The translations under genes were made by a program, and so were the position numbers. The notes beneath the pieces were generated by a model. It worked only from the letters and a program-made list of their open reading frames with translations. It did no database searches and had not been told where the DNA came from. Positions 1 to 17,463 of a stretch of 64,000 bases of DNA are shown piece by piece (position 1 is the stretch's first letter; each line of letters opens with the position of its first letter). This stretch comes from the human T2T-CHM13v2.0 reference genome, Homo sapiens. The stretch lies in assembly GCF_009914755.1 (NCBI RefSeq), contig NC_060936.1, one strand, 5' to 3'.

Positions 1-437
1 ATAGGATTGTTGTGAGGATTAAATGACTGCCCACAGTAGGCACTTAATCATATGGGTTATTGTTGATGCTGTTACTATTATCTTGTGGTAGACTGCATCT
101 ATGAGCAAAAGCTCAGCTAAAATTAAGTTGTCCCTCTATATAGGGAAAAGAATCCCTGAAGAAGGGGTGAAGTAAGTAGAATGTCCACCCAAACGTCATT
201 TTGGGATCAGAGTGGGCCCTGACTCCAGGAGAAGAAAAAAGTATTATAGAGAGTTGGTGGGGTGGATGGCCCTTGCTTGGTATGGGGACGGGGGTGCTAA
301 AGGGAATTTGGATCTGGGAAGAAACTAGACAGAAGACTTGCATAATGAAAATATTGTTTACTGTGTGTAATGAAATGTTGCCTTCTCCTCCATCTGTCAT
401 AAAAAAAAATTCAGCAAAATCCATATTGCTCACCAAA

Positions 438-815
438 CTGGTTAGGATAAAGTTCAGGAGACAGTAACAGAAACTCTAATGAACAGTCATATACAAGACA
501 GATGCTTCTTTCTCTCTTGTATAAGAGAAATCAAGAGACAGCTCAGGGCTGATATGGTGGCTCTACAGTAATCAAAGGGCTGAGGTCCTTCCAGTTTTCT
601 GCTCTGTTATGCTTTAGGTGTGGCTCTTGTCCCCTTGATCCAATATGAATTTTGGAGCATCAGTCACCACATCTACATTTCGAGCAGCAAGATGGGAGAG
701 AGGAAAGAATAGGTACACACTCCTTCCTTTTCAAAAAGATTTTTCCAGAAATACCACACAATATTTCCACTTAAAGGTGAGCTGTAGGCTAGGAAATGTA
801 GTCTTTTAGCTGAAA
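438..815. mobile_element. Old MaLR LTR (MLT1J/K-like)
   Basis: Degenerate MLT1 motifs (CAGGGCTGATATGGTGGCTC; GGCTAGGAAATGTAGTCTTTTAGCTG). A similar element lies at ~35490-35940. Confidence 0.55.
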
Positions 816-1858
816 AACAATATATCCAAATAAAAATCTGGGTTCTCTTATTGAAGAAGGTGAGAATGGATGTGAGAAAACCAAGCACTCATCAATACTT
901 ATAGATTTTATTTATAAATGTGTTATTTGCATATTTTTATGTGTAGACAAAAGATGTGCATAATAGATCGGTCTATTGAATGCAAGGTGAAAGACTGTCA
1001 ATGTGAGTCAGTTTAACAAGAGTTACATCATAAAAAAAGCTTCCCTCCTTTCTTATTACATTATTATTACAGTTATAAACTAACATTTAATTATTCCACG
1101 TAAGTTTGCATCTTACTCTTAGGTCTTCAATTAGACTTTGCTTCAAGGAAGGTTTGGCAGGCCTACAGCTCTAGTATTGGCCAGAGGGTGCAGAAGGAAC
1201 AGACTGTGTAAATACATTACTATAGTACAACAACAAATTTTTTATATATTAGTGAATTAGATCCTTAACTATGGCCCCCTCACCCAGCCTAATGTTACCA
1301 AGGTCTGTAGTTTTGAACCCCTTTGATCTTATTCCTCATGGGCTGCCTCAATTACCGAACTTGGGCATTTGTCAAGTACAAGGAAGCATTAAAGAGCTGC
1401 ATCTATTCACTTACATGCTTATTTGGTGTACATATCCCTTGCACTGCTTGTTTGGTACTTTAGTAGTAAACTAAATGATAGTAGACTTGAACTGACAGAG
1501 TCAACATTCGCATCAATCTTTCTGCCTGGATTGGACTTTATAAGCTGGCCCATATCAAAAGGATATTACTATGCCATATATATATATATCTCCAATAGTT
1601 TTCCTATGCTCTCTTTCCCATTGCGTATTTCTACCTTTAGGCCAGACCAACCCAAACATCTATGACCAGTCAAAAAAGAAAAGCTGATGGTATTTCATCT
1701 CTGGTCAATGCCTCTCTTCAAAGCCATTTCCTGGTATAATCCATCCTTTAATTCATCAAATATACATTCAGTATTGACTATGTACCAGGCACTGTGCCTA
1801 GTATTAGGAATATAGCAAAGAACAGATACTTAAAGTTCTTCTCAGAAATGCCTTACCT

Positions 1859-2146
1859 GCTGGGCATGGTGGCTCACACCTGTAATCCCTTCACTTTAGG
1901 AGGATGAGGTGGGAGGATCACTTGAGTCCAGAAGTTTGAGACCAGCCTGGGCAACATAGAAAGACCCTATCTCTACAAAAATGAAAAAATTAGTTGGGCA
2001 TGGTGGCTTGCACCTGTAGTCCCAGTTTTTCAGGAGGCTGAGGTGGGACGATTTCTTGAGGCTGGGAGGTGGAGGCACTACTGCACTCCGGCCCAGGTGA
2101 CAGCACAAGACCTTGTTTTTTTGTTGTTGTTTGTTTTTAAAAAAAA
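1859..2146 (+). mobile_element. Alu (AluJ-like)
   Basis: Diverged Alu dimer with degenerate TSD AAATGCCTTACCTG / AAAAGCCTTTCCTG. Confidence 0.9.
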
Positions 2147-2961
2147 GCCTTTCCTGATAGTAGTTACCTCAACCACTGAGTATTCTCTCTCTCTGCCTCA
2201 TTCTATTCGTAACATCTTTTAGAAATCTGTCATTTAATTTATTTTTAGCCTTACCACAGTTCCATATGGGCAGGGAAATTCTGTACTTTTCACCATCGTA
2301 TCTCCAGTGCCTTGCACAGTGTGATACATAAACACTTAAATATTTGATTCATTAACATAATAGACCCTCAACACATACATCTGATGTTTCTAATTGGAGC
2401 TCAGAATTTAGAATAAAGAAATTTCCCCAAAAAAAGCCTTGAGAAAAATTTAATAATTGAATCATTAAATTAGTAAATCAAACCACCATTTTCCATGATT
2501 CTAATAACTAGTATATATTTTATACAAAATAAGTCAATTGTTTTCTCCAGCATTATTGAGGTATAATTGACAAATAAAAAATGAATATATTTAAGGTATA
2601 CAAGGTGATATTTTGATACATGTATATTGTGAAATGATTACTGCAATCAAGTTAATTAGCATATCCATTACCTCACATAGTTACCTGTTGTGTGTGTATG
2701 TGGTGAGAACATTTAAGATCCGTCTTAGCAAATTTCACATATATAATAGTGTCTTATTAACTGTAGTCACCATGTTGGACATTAAATCTCCAAAACTTAT
2801 TCATCCTGCATAAGTGAAACTCTGTACCCTTCACCAACATCTTCCCATTCCTCCTACCTCCTAGCTCCTGGCAAACACCATTTTACTTTCTGCCTCTAGT
2901 TCTACCTTTTTAGATTTCACATGTACGCGAGATCACACAGTATTTGTCTTTGTGTGCCTGA

Positions 2962-3318
<357 letters not shown>

Positions 3319-3352
3319 CAATATTTCCTTTTTTAAGGCTGGCTAATATTCC

Positions 3353-3354
<2 letters not shown>

Positions 3355-3387
<33 letters not shown>
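3355..3387. repeat. (TG)n microsatellite
   Basis: Perfect TG run. Confidence 0.95.
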
Positions 3388-3389
<2 letters not shown>

Positions 3390-3491
3390 CACATTTTTTC
3401 CATTCATCCATTGATGGGCACTATGTTGATTCCACATCTTGGCTATTGTGAATAATGCTGCAGTGAACATGGGAGTGCACATACCTCTTAA

Positions 3492-4073
<582 letters not shown>

Positions 4074-6227
4074 TAGTGGTGTTGAGAATTTTTTCATATA
4101 CCTGCTAGCCATTTGCACATCTTCTTTTGAGAAATGTCTGTTCAAGTCCTTTTACTTCTTTAATTGGATTATTTACTTTCCTGCTACTGATTTGTTTGAG
4201 TTCCTTATATAATTCAGATATTAATGCTTTATTTGAGGCATAGTTTGGAAATACTTTCTCCTGTTCCATAGGTTGTCTCTTCACTCTATGTCCTTCCTTT
4301 CATGTCCAGAAGCTTTCTGGTTTAATATAACCCTATTTGACTATTTTTGCTTTTGTTGCCTGTGCTGTGTCATATCAAAAAAATCAGTACCCAGACCAAT
4401 ACCAAGAATTTCTCCCTCATGTTTTCTTTTTCTTCCAGTATTTTTATAGTTTCAGGTCTTACATTTAAGCTTTAATCCATTTTGACTTGATTTTTGCATA
4501 TGAAGTGACATGAGTACAATTTCATTTTTCTGCATGTGAATATATGGTTTCCATACCACTACTGATTAGAGACTGTCTATTCCCCCACTGTGTTTTCTTG
4601 GCACCTTTGTCAAAGATCAATTGACTGTAAGTGCGTGGATTTATTTCTGAGCTCTCTATTCTGTTCAATTGGCCTATGTGTTTTTGTGCCTGGACCACGC
4701 TGTTTCGATTATTATAGTTTTATAGTATATTTTGAAATTAGGTAGCATGATGCCTCCAGCTTTGTTCTTGCTCAAGATTGCTTTGGCTAGTTGCGATCTT
4801 TTATGGTTACTTACAAATTTTAGGATAGCTTTTCTATCTGTGAGAAATGCCATGGGAATTTTGAGAGTGATTGCACTGAATCTTTAGGTTTATATGAGTA
4901 GTATGGACATTTTAACATTATCGATTCTTCCAATCCATGAAAATAGAATATCTTTCCATTTATCTGTGTCTATTTCAGTTTCTTTCATCAATGTTTGAGA
5001 GTTTTCAGTATACAAATCTTTTGCCTCCCTGGTTAAATGTATTTGAAGTATTTCTTTATGCTATTGTAAATAGGATTATCTTCTTAATTTCCTTCTCAGT
5101 TCATTGTTAGTGTATAGAAACACAACTTATTTTTGTATTTGATTTTGTATCTTGCAGCTTACTGAATTCATTTATTAGCTGTAACAGTTCTTTGGTGAAG
5201 TCTTTAGGGTTTTCTATATACAAGATTATGTCATCTGTAAACAGAGACTGTTTTACTTCTTCCAATTTGAATGCCTTTTCTTTTTCTTGCCTAATTGCTC
5301 TAGCTAGGATTTCCAGTAGTATTTTGAATAGAAGTGACAAGAGTGGGTTTTCTTGTCTTTTATATCTTTTTCTTGCCTAATTGCTCTAGCTAGGACTTCT
5401 AGTAGCATGCTGAATAGAAGTGAGAAGAGTAGGTTTTCTTGTCTTGCTCCTCATCTTAGAGGAAAAGCTTTTAGCTTTCCACCATAGAGTATTATATTGG
5501 CTCTAGGCTTGTGATGTATGGCCTTTCAGGCACATTCCTCCTATAGCTAATGTTGAGAATTTTTAATCATGAAAGGATGTCGAATTTTGTCAAATGCTTT
5601 TTTTTTTTTTTGCATCTATTGAACTGAACATATGATTGTCCTTCATTTGGTTATTGTGGTGTATCACATTTATTGATTTGCATGTGTTGAACTACCTTTG
5701 CAGCCCAGAGATAAATCCACTTGATTGTGGCGTATGATCCTTTTAATGTGTAATTGAATTCAGTTTGCTGGTATTTTGTTAAGGATTTTTGCATCTATGT
5801 TCATCATGGATATTGGCTTATAATTTCTTTTCTTATAGTGTCCAACTATCTAGCTTTGGTGTCAAGGTAATGCTGTTCTCATGATGTAAGTGCTCCCTGC
5901 TCTTGAATTTTTAAGGGTTTGAAAACAATTGGCATTAATTTTTGTTTAAATGTTGGGTAGAATTAACCAATAAAGCCATCAGATCCTGGGTTTTTCTTTT
6001 TGGGAGGTTTTTTTGATTATCAATTCAATCTTCTTGCTTATCATTTGTCTGTTCAGATTTTCTATTTCTTCATTATTCGGCCTTGGTAAATTTTATGTTT
6101 CTAGAAATTTATCTATTTCTTCTAAGTTATCCAATTGTTGGCATATAATTTTCATAGCTGTCTCTTATGATTCCTCATATTTCAGTGATATCAGTTATAA
6201 TATCTCCTCTTTCAATTATAATTGTTT

Positions 6228-6347
6228 GTTTTGAGACAGGGTCTCACTACATTGTTTAGGCTGGCCTAAAACTCCTGGGTTCAAGAGATCCTCCCACCCC
6301 AGCCTCCTGAGTAGGTGGGGTTACAGCTGCACAACAGTGTGCCTGGC
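6228..6347 (-). mobile_element. Alu monomer (FLAM-like)
   Basis: Single-arm Alu sequence. Confidence 0.8.
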
Positions 6348-6630
6348 TTTTTTCAATTTTTGTTCTTTCATTTATAATTTAATATTTTGAGTCTTCTCTC
6401 TTTTTTTATTAGTCTAGCTAAAGTTTGTCAATTTTGCTTATATTTAAAAAAACTCAACTCTTAGTTTCCTTGATCTTTTGTAATATTTCTAGTCTGTTTC
6501 ACTTATTTCTGCTTGGATTTGTATTTTCTTTCCTTCTGCTAACTTCAGCCTTAATTCATTCTTCTTTTTCTAGTTCCTTGAGATATAAAGATAGGTTGTT
6601 TATTTGAGATCTTTCTTTTTTCTTAAGTAG

Positions 6631-7130
<500 letters not shown>

Positions 7131-7914
7131 TAACATTTTACAGCATTTCATAACATTGTCGTTGAAAAAGATATTGATAATTATTTCAATCTTTTTAAAT
7201 TTGTTAAGACTTGTTTTACAGCCTAACATATGATCTATCCTTGAGAAAGTTTCACGTACACTTGAAAAGAATGTGTATTCTGTTGCTGTTGGATGGAATG
7301 TCCTGTACGTATCTGTTAGATCCATTTGGTTTATATTATACTGTATTTCAAGTCCACTGTTTCCTTATCAATATTCTGTCTGGATGATCTATATCTATCC
7401 ATTTTTGAAAGTGAGGTATTGAAGTACTCTACTATTATTATATTGCTTTCTATTTCTCTGTTCAGTTAATATTTGCTAAATATGTAGGTACACCAATGTT
7501 GAGTGCATAGTATTCATAATTGTTATATCCTCTTGATAGACTGATCTCTTTACTATGATATAATTAGCTTCTTTGTCCTTGTGAAAGTTTTTGACTTAAA
7601 GTATATTTTGTCCAATATAAGTATAACCACTGCTGTTCACCCTTGGTTACCATTTGCATGGAATATCTTCTTTTTCTATCCCTTCACTTTCAGCCTATGT
7701 GTGTCCCTAAAGCTTAAGTGAGTATCTGGTAGGTAGCATATAATTGAATCTTGTTTTCCTTTTATCCATTCAGCCACTCTATTGTTGAAGAACTGAATCC
7801 ACTTACAATTAATTATTGATAGGAAGAACTTAATATTGCCATTTTGTTAATCATTTAAATCTGTTTTGTAGTTCCTTTGTTCCTTTCTTTCTCTCTTGCT
7901 GACTTCTTTTGTGA

Positions 7915-8239
<325 letters not shown>

Positions 8240-9577
8240 TAATGATTTATTTTTGTAGTGGTGTGCTTTGATTTCGTCTTCTTTATCTTTTATTTACTAC
8301 AGACTTTTCTTGTGTGTGGTTACCATAAGGCTTACATAAAACATCTTATAACAGTCTATTTGGATCTAATAACAACTTAACTTCAACCACATACAAAACT
8401 CTACACTTTTAACTTCTCCTCCTCTCACATTTTATGTACTGGTGTCACAATTTGCATGTTTTATATAATGTGTATCCACTAACAAATTATTGTTGCCATA
8501 TTTATTTTTAACACTCACGACTTTTAACTTTTTACTAGAGTTATTTATGTACTATCATTACCATCATTAGTATTAGAGTATTCTGAATTTGACTGTATTC
8601 TTACCTTTACAGTTTTATACTTCTATGTTTTTATATTATGTCATTTTTAAAAATTTTTCACAGCTTCAGCTTCTAGAAAGTTAGTGTCATTTTGTTTCAA
8701 CTTGAACTCCCTTTACAGTTTTTGTAAGGTATGTCTAGTGGTGATGAACTCCCACAGCTTTTGTTTGTCTGAGAAAGTCTTTATCGCTCCTTCATTTCTG
8801 AAGGAAAGATTTACCAGGGGTAGCATTCTTGGTTTTCAGGTTTTTTTTTTTCTTTCAGCACTTTAAATATGTCATTCCACTCTCTCAAGATCTGCAAGGT
8901 TTCTGCTGAGAAATTCACTGACCATCTCATATGGGTTCCATTGCATGTGACGTGTCTTTCCTCGCTGCTTTCAAAATAATCTTTGTCTTTGGCTTTTGAG
9001 AATTTGATTATAATGTGTCTTGGGGTAGATCTCTTTATATTTAATATATTTGGGGTTCTTCGAGCTTCATGAATCTGGACATTCATTTCCCTCTCCAGAT
9101 TTGGGAAGTTTTCTGCTACTATTTCTTAAAATAAGCTTTCTCCCCTTTTCTTTTTCTACTCCTTCCAGAAAACTTACACACAAATATTGTTTTACATGAT
9201 GGTGTTCTCTAAGTCCCATAGGCTTTCTTCACTCTTTATCATTCTTTTTCCTCTGCTCTAATTTCAAATGACCTGTTTTCAGTCTCACTGGTTCTTTCTT
9301 CTGACTGATCAAATCTGTTGTTAAATCTATCTATGGAATTTTTCAGTTCAAGCATTGTGTTCTTCAGCTCCAGAATTTTTAAATGCCTTCTCTTTGTTGA
9401 ACTCATTTCCTTATGTATTGTTTTCCTGATAATTGTTTAGTTGTCTAGCTGTGTTCTCTGGGAGCTTACTAAGTTTCTTGAAGACAATTATTTTCAATTC
9501 TTTGTCAGGCAGTTTTATTTGTAATCCTTGTGGTGTTGTGTTGGTGTTTGTCTATTTGGAGAAGTAGGAACCTCTTA

Positions 9578-9733
9578 ACCAGGCACAGAAGTCCCAGCTA
9601 CTCAGGAGGCTAAGGCAGGAGGATCACCTGAGCCCAGGAGTTTGGGGCAGCAGTGTGCTATGATTGTGCCTATGAATATCCACTATACTCCAGCCTGGCA
9701 ACATAGTGAGACTCTGTCTCTAAAAAATAAAAT
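9578..9733 (+). mobile_element. Alu right-arm monomer (FRAM/AluJ-like)
   Basis: GTCCCAGCTACTCAGGAGGC...GAGACTCTGTCTC plus A-rich tail. Confidence 0.8.
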
Positions 9734-11026
9734 ATAATTTTTAAAAAGAAGCAGGCAGCTTTTCCCATCTTTACAGACTGGCTTTGGCAGGGAAAGTCCT
9801 TTACCAGTCAGACCATCCAGAGATTCTTGGTGAGCCATTTAGTGGGGTCTGCTTGCAAGCTTGCTGTTGGAATCCTCAGGCAGGCTGGTCTGGTGGCTAG
9901 GTCCACTTGGCTGAGTCTGGCTCATGGGTCCAGTGGGGCAGGCGTTGAACCCGAATCTAGGTGGTTAGGCTTGGATCTTGGGTTCACAGAGGCCAGCCTA
10001 GTGCTGGACTCCACTGGGTTGGGCCTAGAGATTGGGCCTGCATGGGTAGGCATGCATAGGTAGGCTGAAACCTGTGTCTACAGGGGCCAGCCTAAAGCCC
10101 GAGTCCATGAGGGAAAACCTGTTGCTAGGGGAGGCCTGGTGCCTGGGTCCATGGAGATGGGCCTGGTCCTGAGTTTACAGGAGCTGACCTAGCACCAGGG
10201 TTCAGTGGGGTGCCCTGGCACCTGGGTCCATGGTAGTGGGCCTGGAGGCTGAGTCCATGCGGGCAGGCTTTGGTCTTGGGTTGATGGGGTCCAGTCTGGA
10301 GCTTGGGTCTTTGAGGGCTGGACTAGTATCAAATTCTACTGGGGTGGGCCTGGAACCTAGATATTCTGGAGCATAGGGCCACAGGGGGCAGTCTGGAGCC
10401 TGGGACCATGGGAGCTGGCTTGGTGCTAGGATGGGACTAGAGCCTGAGTCTGCAGGGGGTGGGTTGGTGCAGTGGTAGGGCATTTTCACCCACTAATATT
10501 TTAACAAGAATTAACACATTACATCATCAACATAGGTTATTTAGCAAGAGCCTAGGGCAATAGGACAGAAGACTTGGCAGGTTTGTTGGACAAAGTATAA
10601 CATGGTCATCAAAAATAAGGACTCTGGAAAGAAATGAGACACCAAAGCGAATATACTATATAATTCCACTTCTAGGAAGTTCAAAAATAAACAAAGTTAA
10701 TCCATAGTGAGAGATAGCAGAATGTTGTTTACCTTTGGAGGCCTGGAGCTTGTGTCCAAGGGGCTGGCCTAGAACCTAAGGCTGCAAGGTCAAGCCTGTC
10801 TCTCGGTTGGGCCTGGAGCCTGTGACCACATGAGCTGGTCTGGAGACTGGGACAGTTGGCCTGGAGACTCCTGGTGCTGGGGTGGTCCTAGAGTCTGGGC
10901 TTACTGGGGTAGGCCTGCTGCCAGGGTCTGAAGTGAAGGTGAGAGCTCACTTCACACTGCTTTTCCCACATGAAGGGTATTTATCTGCATGATGTGTTGC
11001 CCAGGCTTGTGAAAACAGTGACATGG

Positions 11027-11415
11027 TGTCTTTAGTCTGTTTTGTGCTGCTATAACAAAATATCTGAGAGACTGGATAATTTATAAATAGCAAATTTATT
11101 TTCTCATCATTCTGGAGGCTAAGAAGTCCAAAATCAAGGCCCTGATAGGTTTGGTTGTTTGGTGAGGGATGCTCTCTGCTTTCAAGATGGCATCTTATTG
11201 TTGCATCTTCTGGAGGGGAGTAATACTAGGTCTTCACATGGCAAAAGGTGGAAAGGCAATGAGGTGAACACTACACAAAGCCCCTTTTATAAAGGCCTTA
11301 ATCATGAGAGAAGGAGAGCTCATGACCTCTTAAAGGCCCCATCTCTTAATACCATCATATTGGTCATTAAGTTTCAGCACATGAAGTTTGGAGAGGACAC
11401 ATTCAAACCACAGCA
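11027..11415. mobile_element. MaLR solo LTR (MST/MLT1A-like) nested in the L1 5' UTR
   Basis: TG...CA termini; GCTGCTATAACAAAATA, GAAGTCCAAAATCAAGG and ACATTCAAACCACAGCA motifs. Confidence 0.85.
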
Positions 11416-11810
11416 CACAGGTAATGTAAAACTGTCTTTCCTGTCGTCATGAATACATGTTTTCTTATTTCCATGCTACATCCAGGTGCTATAATCCCTC
11501 ACTTGAATTTCTTAGTTCTTGTAAAGGTATTTTTTTAGTGTGGATAGATGTTTAAATTTATGTTTCTGTGAGATGAGTACTAGGAACTTCTGTTCCACTA
11601 TTTTGCTGATGTCATTCTTCAACAAGTTCCTTGTTCTAATCTCTGAACATAATTGTTTTGTTTGTCAAACATTGTCTGACTTAATTTACCAGTAGATGGC
11701 AGTCCAAAGTAAAGCGGAACATATTATTACTACCCATCCTCCTACCCAGCGTGCCTCCCCACCCCACGCCAATTTTTTTAAATTGGCTATAAATTAGTAA
11801 GTGGTTATCA

Positions 11811-12114
11811 GCAGGGCACGGTGGCTCACGCCTGTAATCCCAGCACTTAGGGAGGCCGAGGCAGGCAGATCATCTGAGGTCGGGAGTTCGAGACCAGCCT
11901 GACCAACATGGAGAAATCCCATATCTACTAAAAATACAAAATTAGCCGGGCATGGTGGCGCATGCTTGTAATCCCAGCTACTCAGGAAGGCTGAGGCAGG
12001 AGAATCACTTGAACCCGGGAGGGGGAGGTTGCAGTAAGCCAAGATTGCGCCACTGTACTACAGCCTGGGCAACAAGAGCGAAACTCGGTCTCAAAATAAT
12101 AATAATAATAATAA
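11811..12114 (+). mobile_element. Alu (AluSp/Sq-like) with (AAT)n tail
   Basis: Alu dimer. Confidence 0.95.
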
Positions 12115-12887
12115 TTGGTTATCAGTATGAAGTCTTTCACATTTTTCTAATAAATTCTTCACACTCTTACCTGACAATTAAATAATTCTTGTTACAGGAG
12201 AATCCCTAGGCAAATTCACGTGTGACATGCAAGAAACTCTAAGGAAAAGGGTAAAAGTAAAAAAATTATGTCTTGCTTTCCAACAAAATTTATCACTGAG
12301 AAGAGGTGAAATGTAAAAGCAAAAGGAAATGGGAAAGAAAATTGCTCTTGTATTTTTCCAAATCCATTCATTTAGAGTTCTGACAAACTTGAACTGAGTG
12401 ACTGGAAGCCTGGGTTATTAAATTAGAAGTTCTTCAAAAACAATGTCATTAAGACTTTCTATTGCATCAGGTGGTTACAGTATTCAATTTTTCATATATC
12501 TAATATTGTATTAACTATTTTATGACAGTGATATGTGTATATATATAAAGCTTCATATATGAGACTTTATAAAGCACATTAATATAAACTAGCTTATTTC
12601 ATATTTAATCTTCACACCAATCCTGTCAGGCAGGGTAAATGTTTTTATGCATATACTGAAGTTGACTCAGAAAGATTAGGTGATTTAAGCGAGGTAATTA
12701 GCTGGTAAGCTGCAGAGCAGTGACTAGAACCCAAAACTTTTGACAACTTCAATGTTCATTTTTCTATATGACATTAACATTTCTTTTTATACATCTAAGA
12801 TTTCTTCTGTGGTATTTCAATTTCAGTTATAGATACAACATTTACATTTTAGAAATAAATTTTAAAGGTCCACAATTAGTGTACCAG

Positions 12888-13289
12888 TGCTATGATTTGA
12901 ATATTTGTGTCCCCTCCAAAATTCATGTTGAAACTCAATCCCCAATGCAAGAGTACTAAGAGAGAGATGATTAAGTCATGAGGGCTCTGACCTCATAAAT
13001 GGGATTAGCACCCTTATAAAAGGGCTCAAAGGTTGAAGGGAGCTCTCTCTTGCCTTTCTGCTCTTTTGCCATGTGAGGAAAAAACATTTGTTCCCTTTTT
13101 GCCCTTCTACCATGTAAGGACACCTAGATGGCACCATCTATGGAAAATGGGGCTTTACCAGTCATCAGACTTGCTGGTGCCTTGATCTGTGACTTCTGAG
13201 CCTCCAGAACTAAGAGAAATAAATGTCTATTGTTTATAAATTACTAAGTCTCAGGTATTTAGTTACAGCAGGAGAAATGGACCAGGACA
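12888..13289. mobile_element. MaLR solo LTR (MSTC/MLT1A-like)
   Basis: TGCTATGATTTGAATATTTGTGTCCCCTCCAAAATTCATGTTGAAA start, internal AATAAA, and ...AGGACA end. Confidence 0.85.
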
Positions 13290-14719
13290 CTCCCCTCTCC
13301 CAATACCATAAAACTCATACAGCCTTTCTTTGCCCAGAAGTATTTACATACTTTCAGTTTCCCCCTTTTTTTCAGCTTTTGCTTTCCTTCTATGCATTCA
13401 TTTATGAGCATCTTTCCTAAAGTTAACAAACCATATAAAACTGGAACTAGCTAGGCCCCTTTTGCCTAAAAGTCTCTCAGACTCTACTTAGAATTTTCAT
13501 AATAGTCATTCTTCTCAGCTTAAGGTCAGTTATGATACTAATAAGTTATCCCCCCAAAAAAGTAACTTAAACAATTTTCACCCACTAATATTTTAGCAAG
13601 AATTAGCATATTACATCATCAACATAGGTTACTTAGCAAGAGCCTAGGAAAATAGGACAGAGGACTTGGCAGTTTTGTTGGACAAAGTATAACATGGTCA
13701 TTAAAAATAAGGACTCTGGAAAGAAATGAGACACTGAAGAAAATATACTATATGATTCTACTTCTAGAAAGTTCAAAAATAAAGTTAATTCATGGTGATA
13801 TATAACAGAATGTTGTTTATCTTTGGAGGATTATCTACTGTTAAGGGGGGTGATTAAGGAGTCTTTCCATCAGGGAATGTTCTGGGTGATGATAATTACA
13901 CAGGTATAGAACATATCAGAGTTCATCATACTAAATATTTAGGAGTTGTGCATCTTAAATCATGTAAGTTATACCTTGGTTTTACATCGAATTTTTTTAA
14001 AAGTAGAAGCTTTGAAGTCAGACAGATCCAACCAACCCAGGGTCTGCCATTTATTAGTATTATGATCCCACATATGTCACTTAACCTCTCTAAGCCATAG
14101 AAATATCCTCTGGAATATGAGGATGATAATAGTATCTACCTCATATGGTTGTTGTTTGAATTAAAAGAGCTGGCACACTTAGTGCTCAATACATTTAGCA
14201 ATCTGTACTACTATCATTATAAAGGAAAAGAGGAAAAGTAGGAGACAAAAAAGAAAAGCTAAATTTCACATATGAGACTGGATTCCATGGGATATCACAA
14301 AAAAGGACACCTTGGAAGCTTGTGGGAAGAATGAAAGCACACTGCATAAGGTTGAGAATAGAGTCAGTATAACCTGATGGTTTAAATTACAGGCTCCTGA
14401 AGCTAGGTTACCTGAGCTTGAATCTAGGCTCTGCTACTTACTAGGTCTAAGTTCCTTAGCCTCTATATAGTAAGTCTGAATATTAATGCCTACTTCATAT
14501 AGTTTTTGCAAAGAAGGACTTTGGAGTGCAAAGAAAAATAATGACTTTATTTTAGAATTATTTAAAATACCAGTAGAACATTTACCACTGAGCTGGAATA
14601 ACACCAGTGAGTTTGATTCCCAGTGATATTTTTAACTTGGCTGGGACAGTCTCATCATTTATGTCTCTGTTTAAATGTCATATAGTTCAAGAAGCCTTCC
14701 TAACTGATCTAAAGTAGTT

Positions 14720-15654
<935 letters not shown>

Positions 15655-15683
15655 TTACTTGAAGTTCAAAAATCATTTGATAG

Positions 15684-16051
<368 letters not shown>

Positions 16052-17463
16052 AAATCACATTTTTTAGATAACCAAAATAAATCAGTTGAATATTTAAAAA
16101 GTAAGCCAATCAACCAAGTGTTCCAGCCACAACATGGCCTATTAAATGACATTCTGAATTCTGGAATTTGTAAATTTTTCTTCCGATGTTACATGGAGAA
16201 TTAGAGGAGAGAACTGGGTAGGGAGCAAATAGAGCTACATCCCCCCCATCTTTCACTTGTACCCCCACTTCAACCATTTTCACTTGTTTTATGTAGCTTT
16301 CTGTGGGGGAAAAATAACTTTTTTTTTCAACTTTGAAAATCACTAATGTAAAGACAACAAGCAAACATCTCACCAGATTTTCTTCTCTTAAATATTTTGT
16401 CTAAGTAGATATTCTCTTACAGTTAAAACAGTTAATTACTATATAGCACTGTCTTCCTGATAATGAGAGCTAATTTATATCCTTATACTTACCTTGGGCT
16501 ATTTAGTGTTTTAAAAGTAAAGCAGTCATGTGGTTGATGGTGGTTGGTTGGTTGTTTTGTTGTTGTTGTTGTTTACATTTTAACTACTATAACTGCTTAC
16601 AATCAACATTACAGATGTGTCAAACTGCTCTAATGCTTGGATCCCAATCTCTTAAGCAGCACAGTATGGTTAAAAGAGTATGGGCTTTGAAGTCAGAAAG
16701 AACTGGGCTTGAAATTATCTTTGTCACTTCCTACTTGTGATACTAAGTAAATCACTTCTCTTAGTTTCTTTGCTTGCAAAGTAAGGATAATATCTATTTC
16801 ACAGATTATGACAATTATATGCACAAATTATACAAAAGCACCTCACACACAGCAGTTATCAAATAAATGTTGGTTTCAAAATATTTTTCAAGGATATGTT
16901 ATAGCATTTTCCTAATTTCAACTTTCTCATGTTGAAGAAGTCTATTATTCTATTTATTAGTTAGTAAAGTTAAAATTTTGCTGATAATGTTGCTTTCCAT
17001 ATATGCCTAATTGAAAGTTATCTCAAATTGGTAAGTGGCTAAAGTTCTTTCTAAAAACATAATTCAAAAATTTCAAATAATAGATTATTTATACCTCAAG
17101 GAATATATATTTCCAATCTTGGTTTACACATGACTTTTTGAAACTGGAATAAACCTCATGAGTGGGCATAATGCCCTATAAACAGATGGATGTGAATGCT
17201 CAGGTGCCAGAAATCCAACATGGCCACAGCTGATGGAGAATGTTAAAATAGTGACAGTTCTTGCAACTGGTCATCTGTTCCTGGTAATAACTAAGTCTAT
17301 CAGAAATAGAAAACAAATTCCAAAATACATGAATGTTTATTTAGTCTTCAGTAGGAATTTATATATAGTTCATATTCAAATATTTTTGGCACCCTTTAAA
17401 ATCTATCAATATGCATCTGATATAATCTTTTCTTTCTACGGTTATAGATGGGAAAAAACCCAA

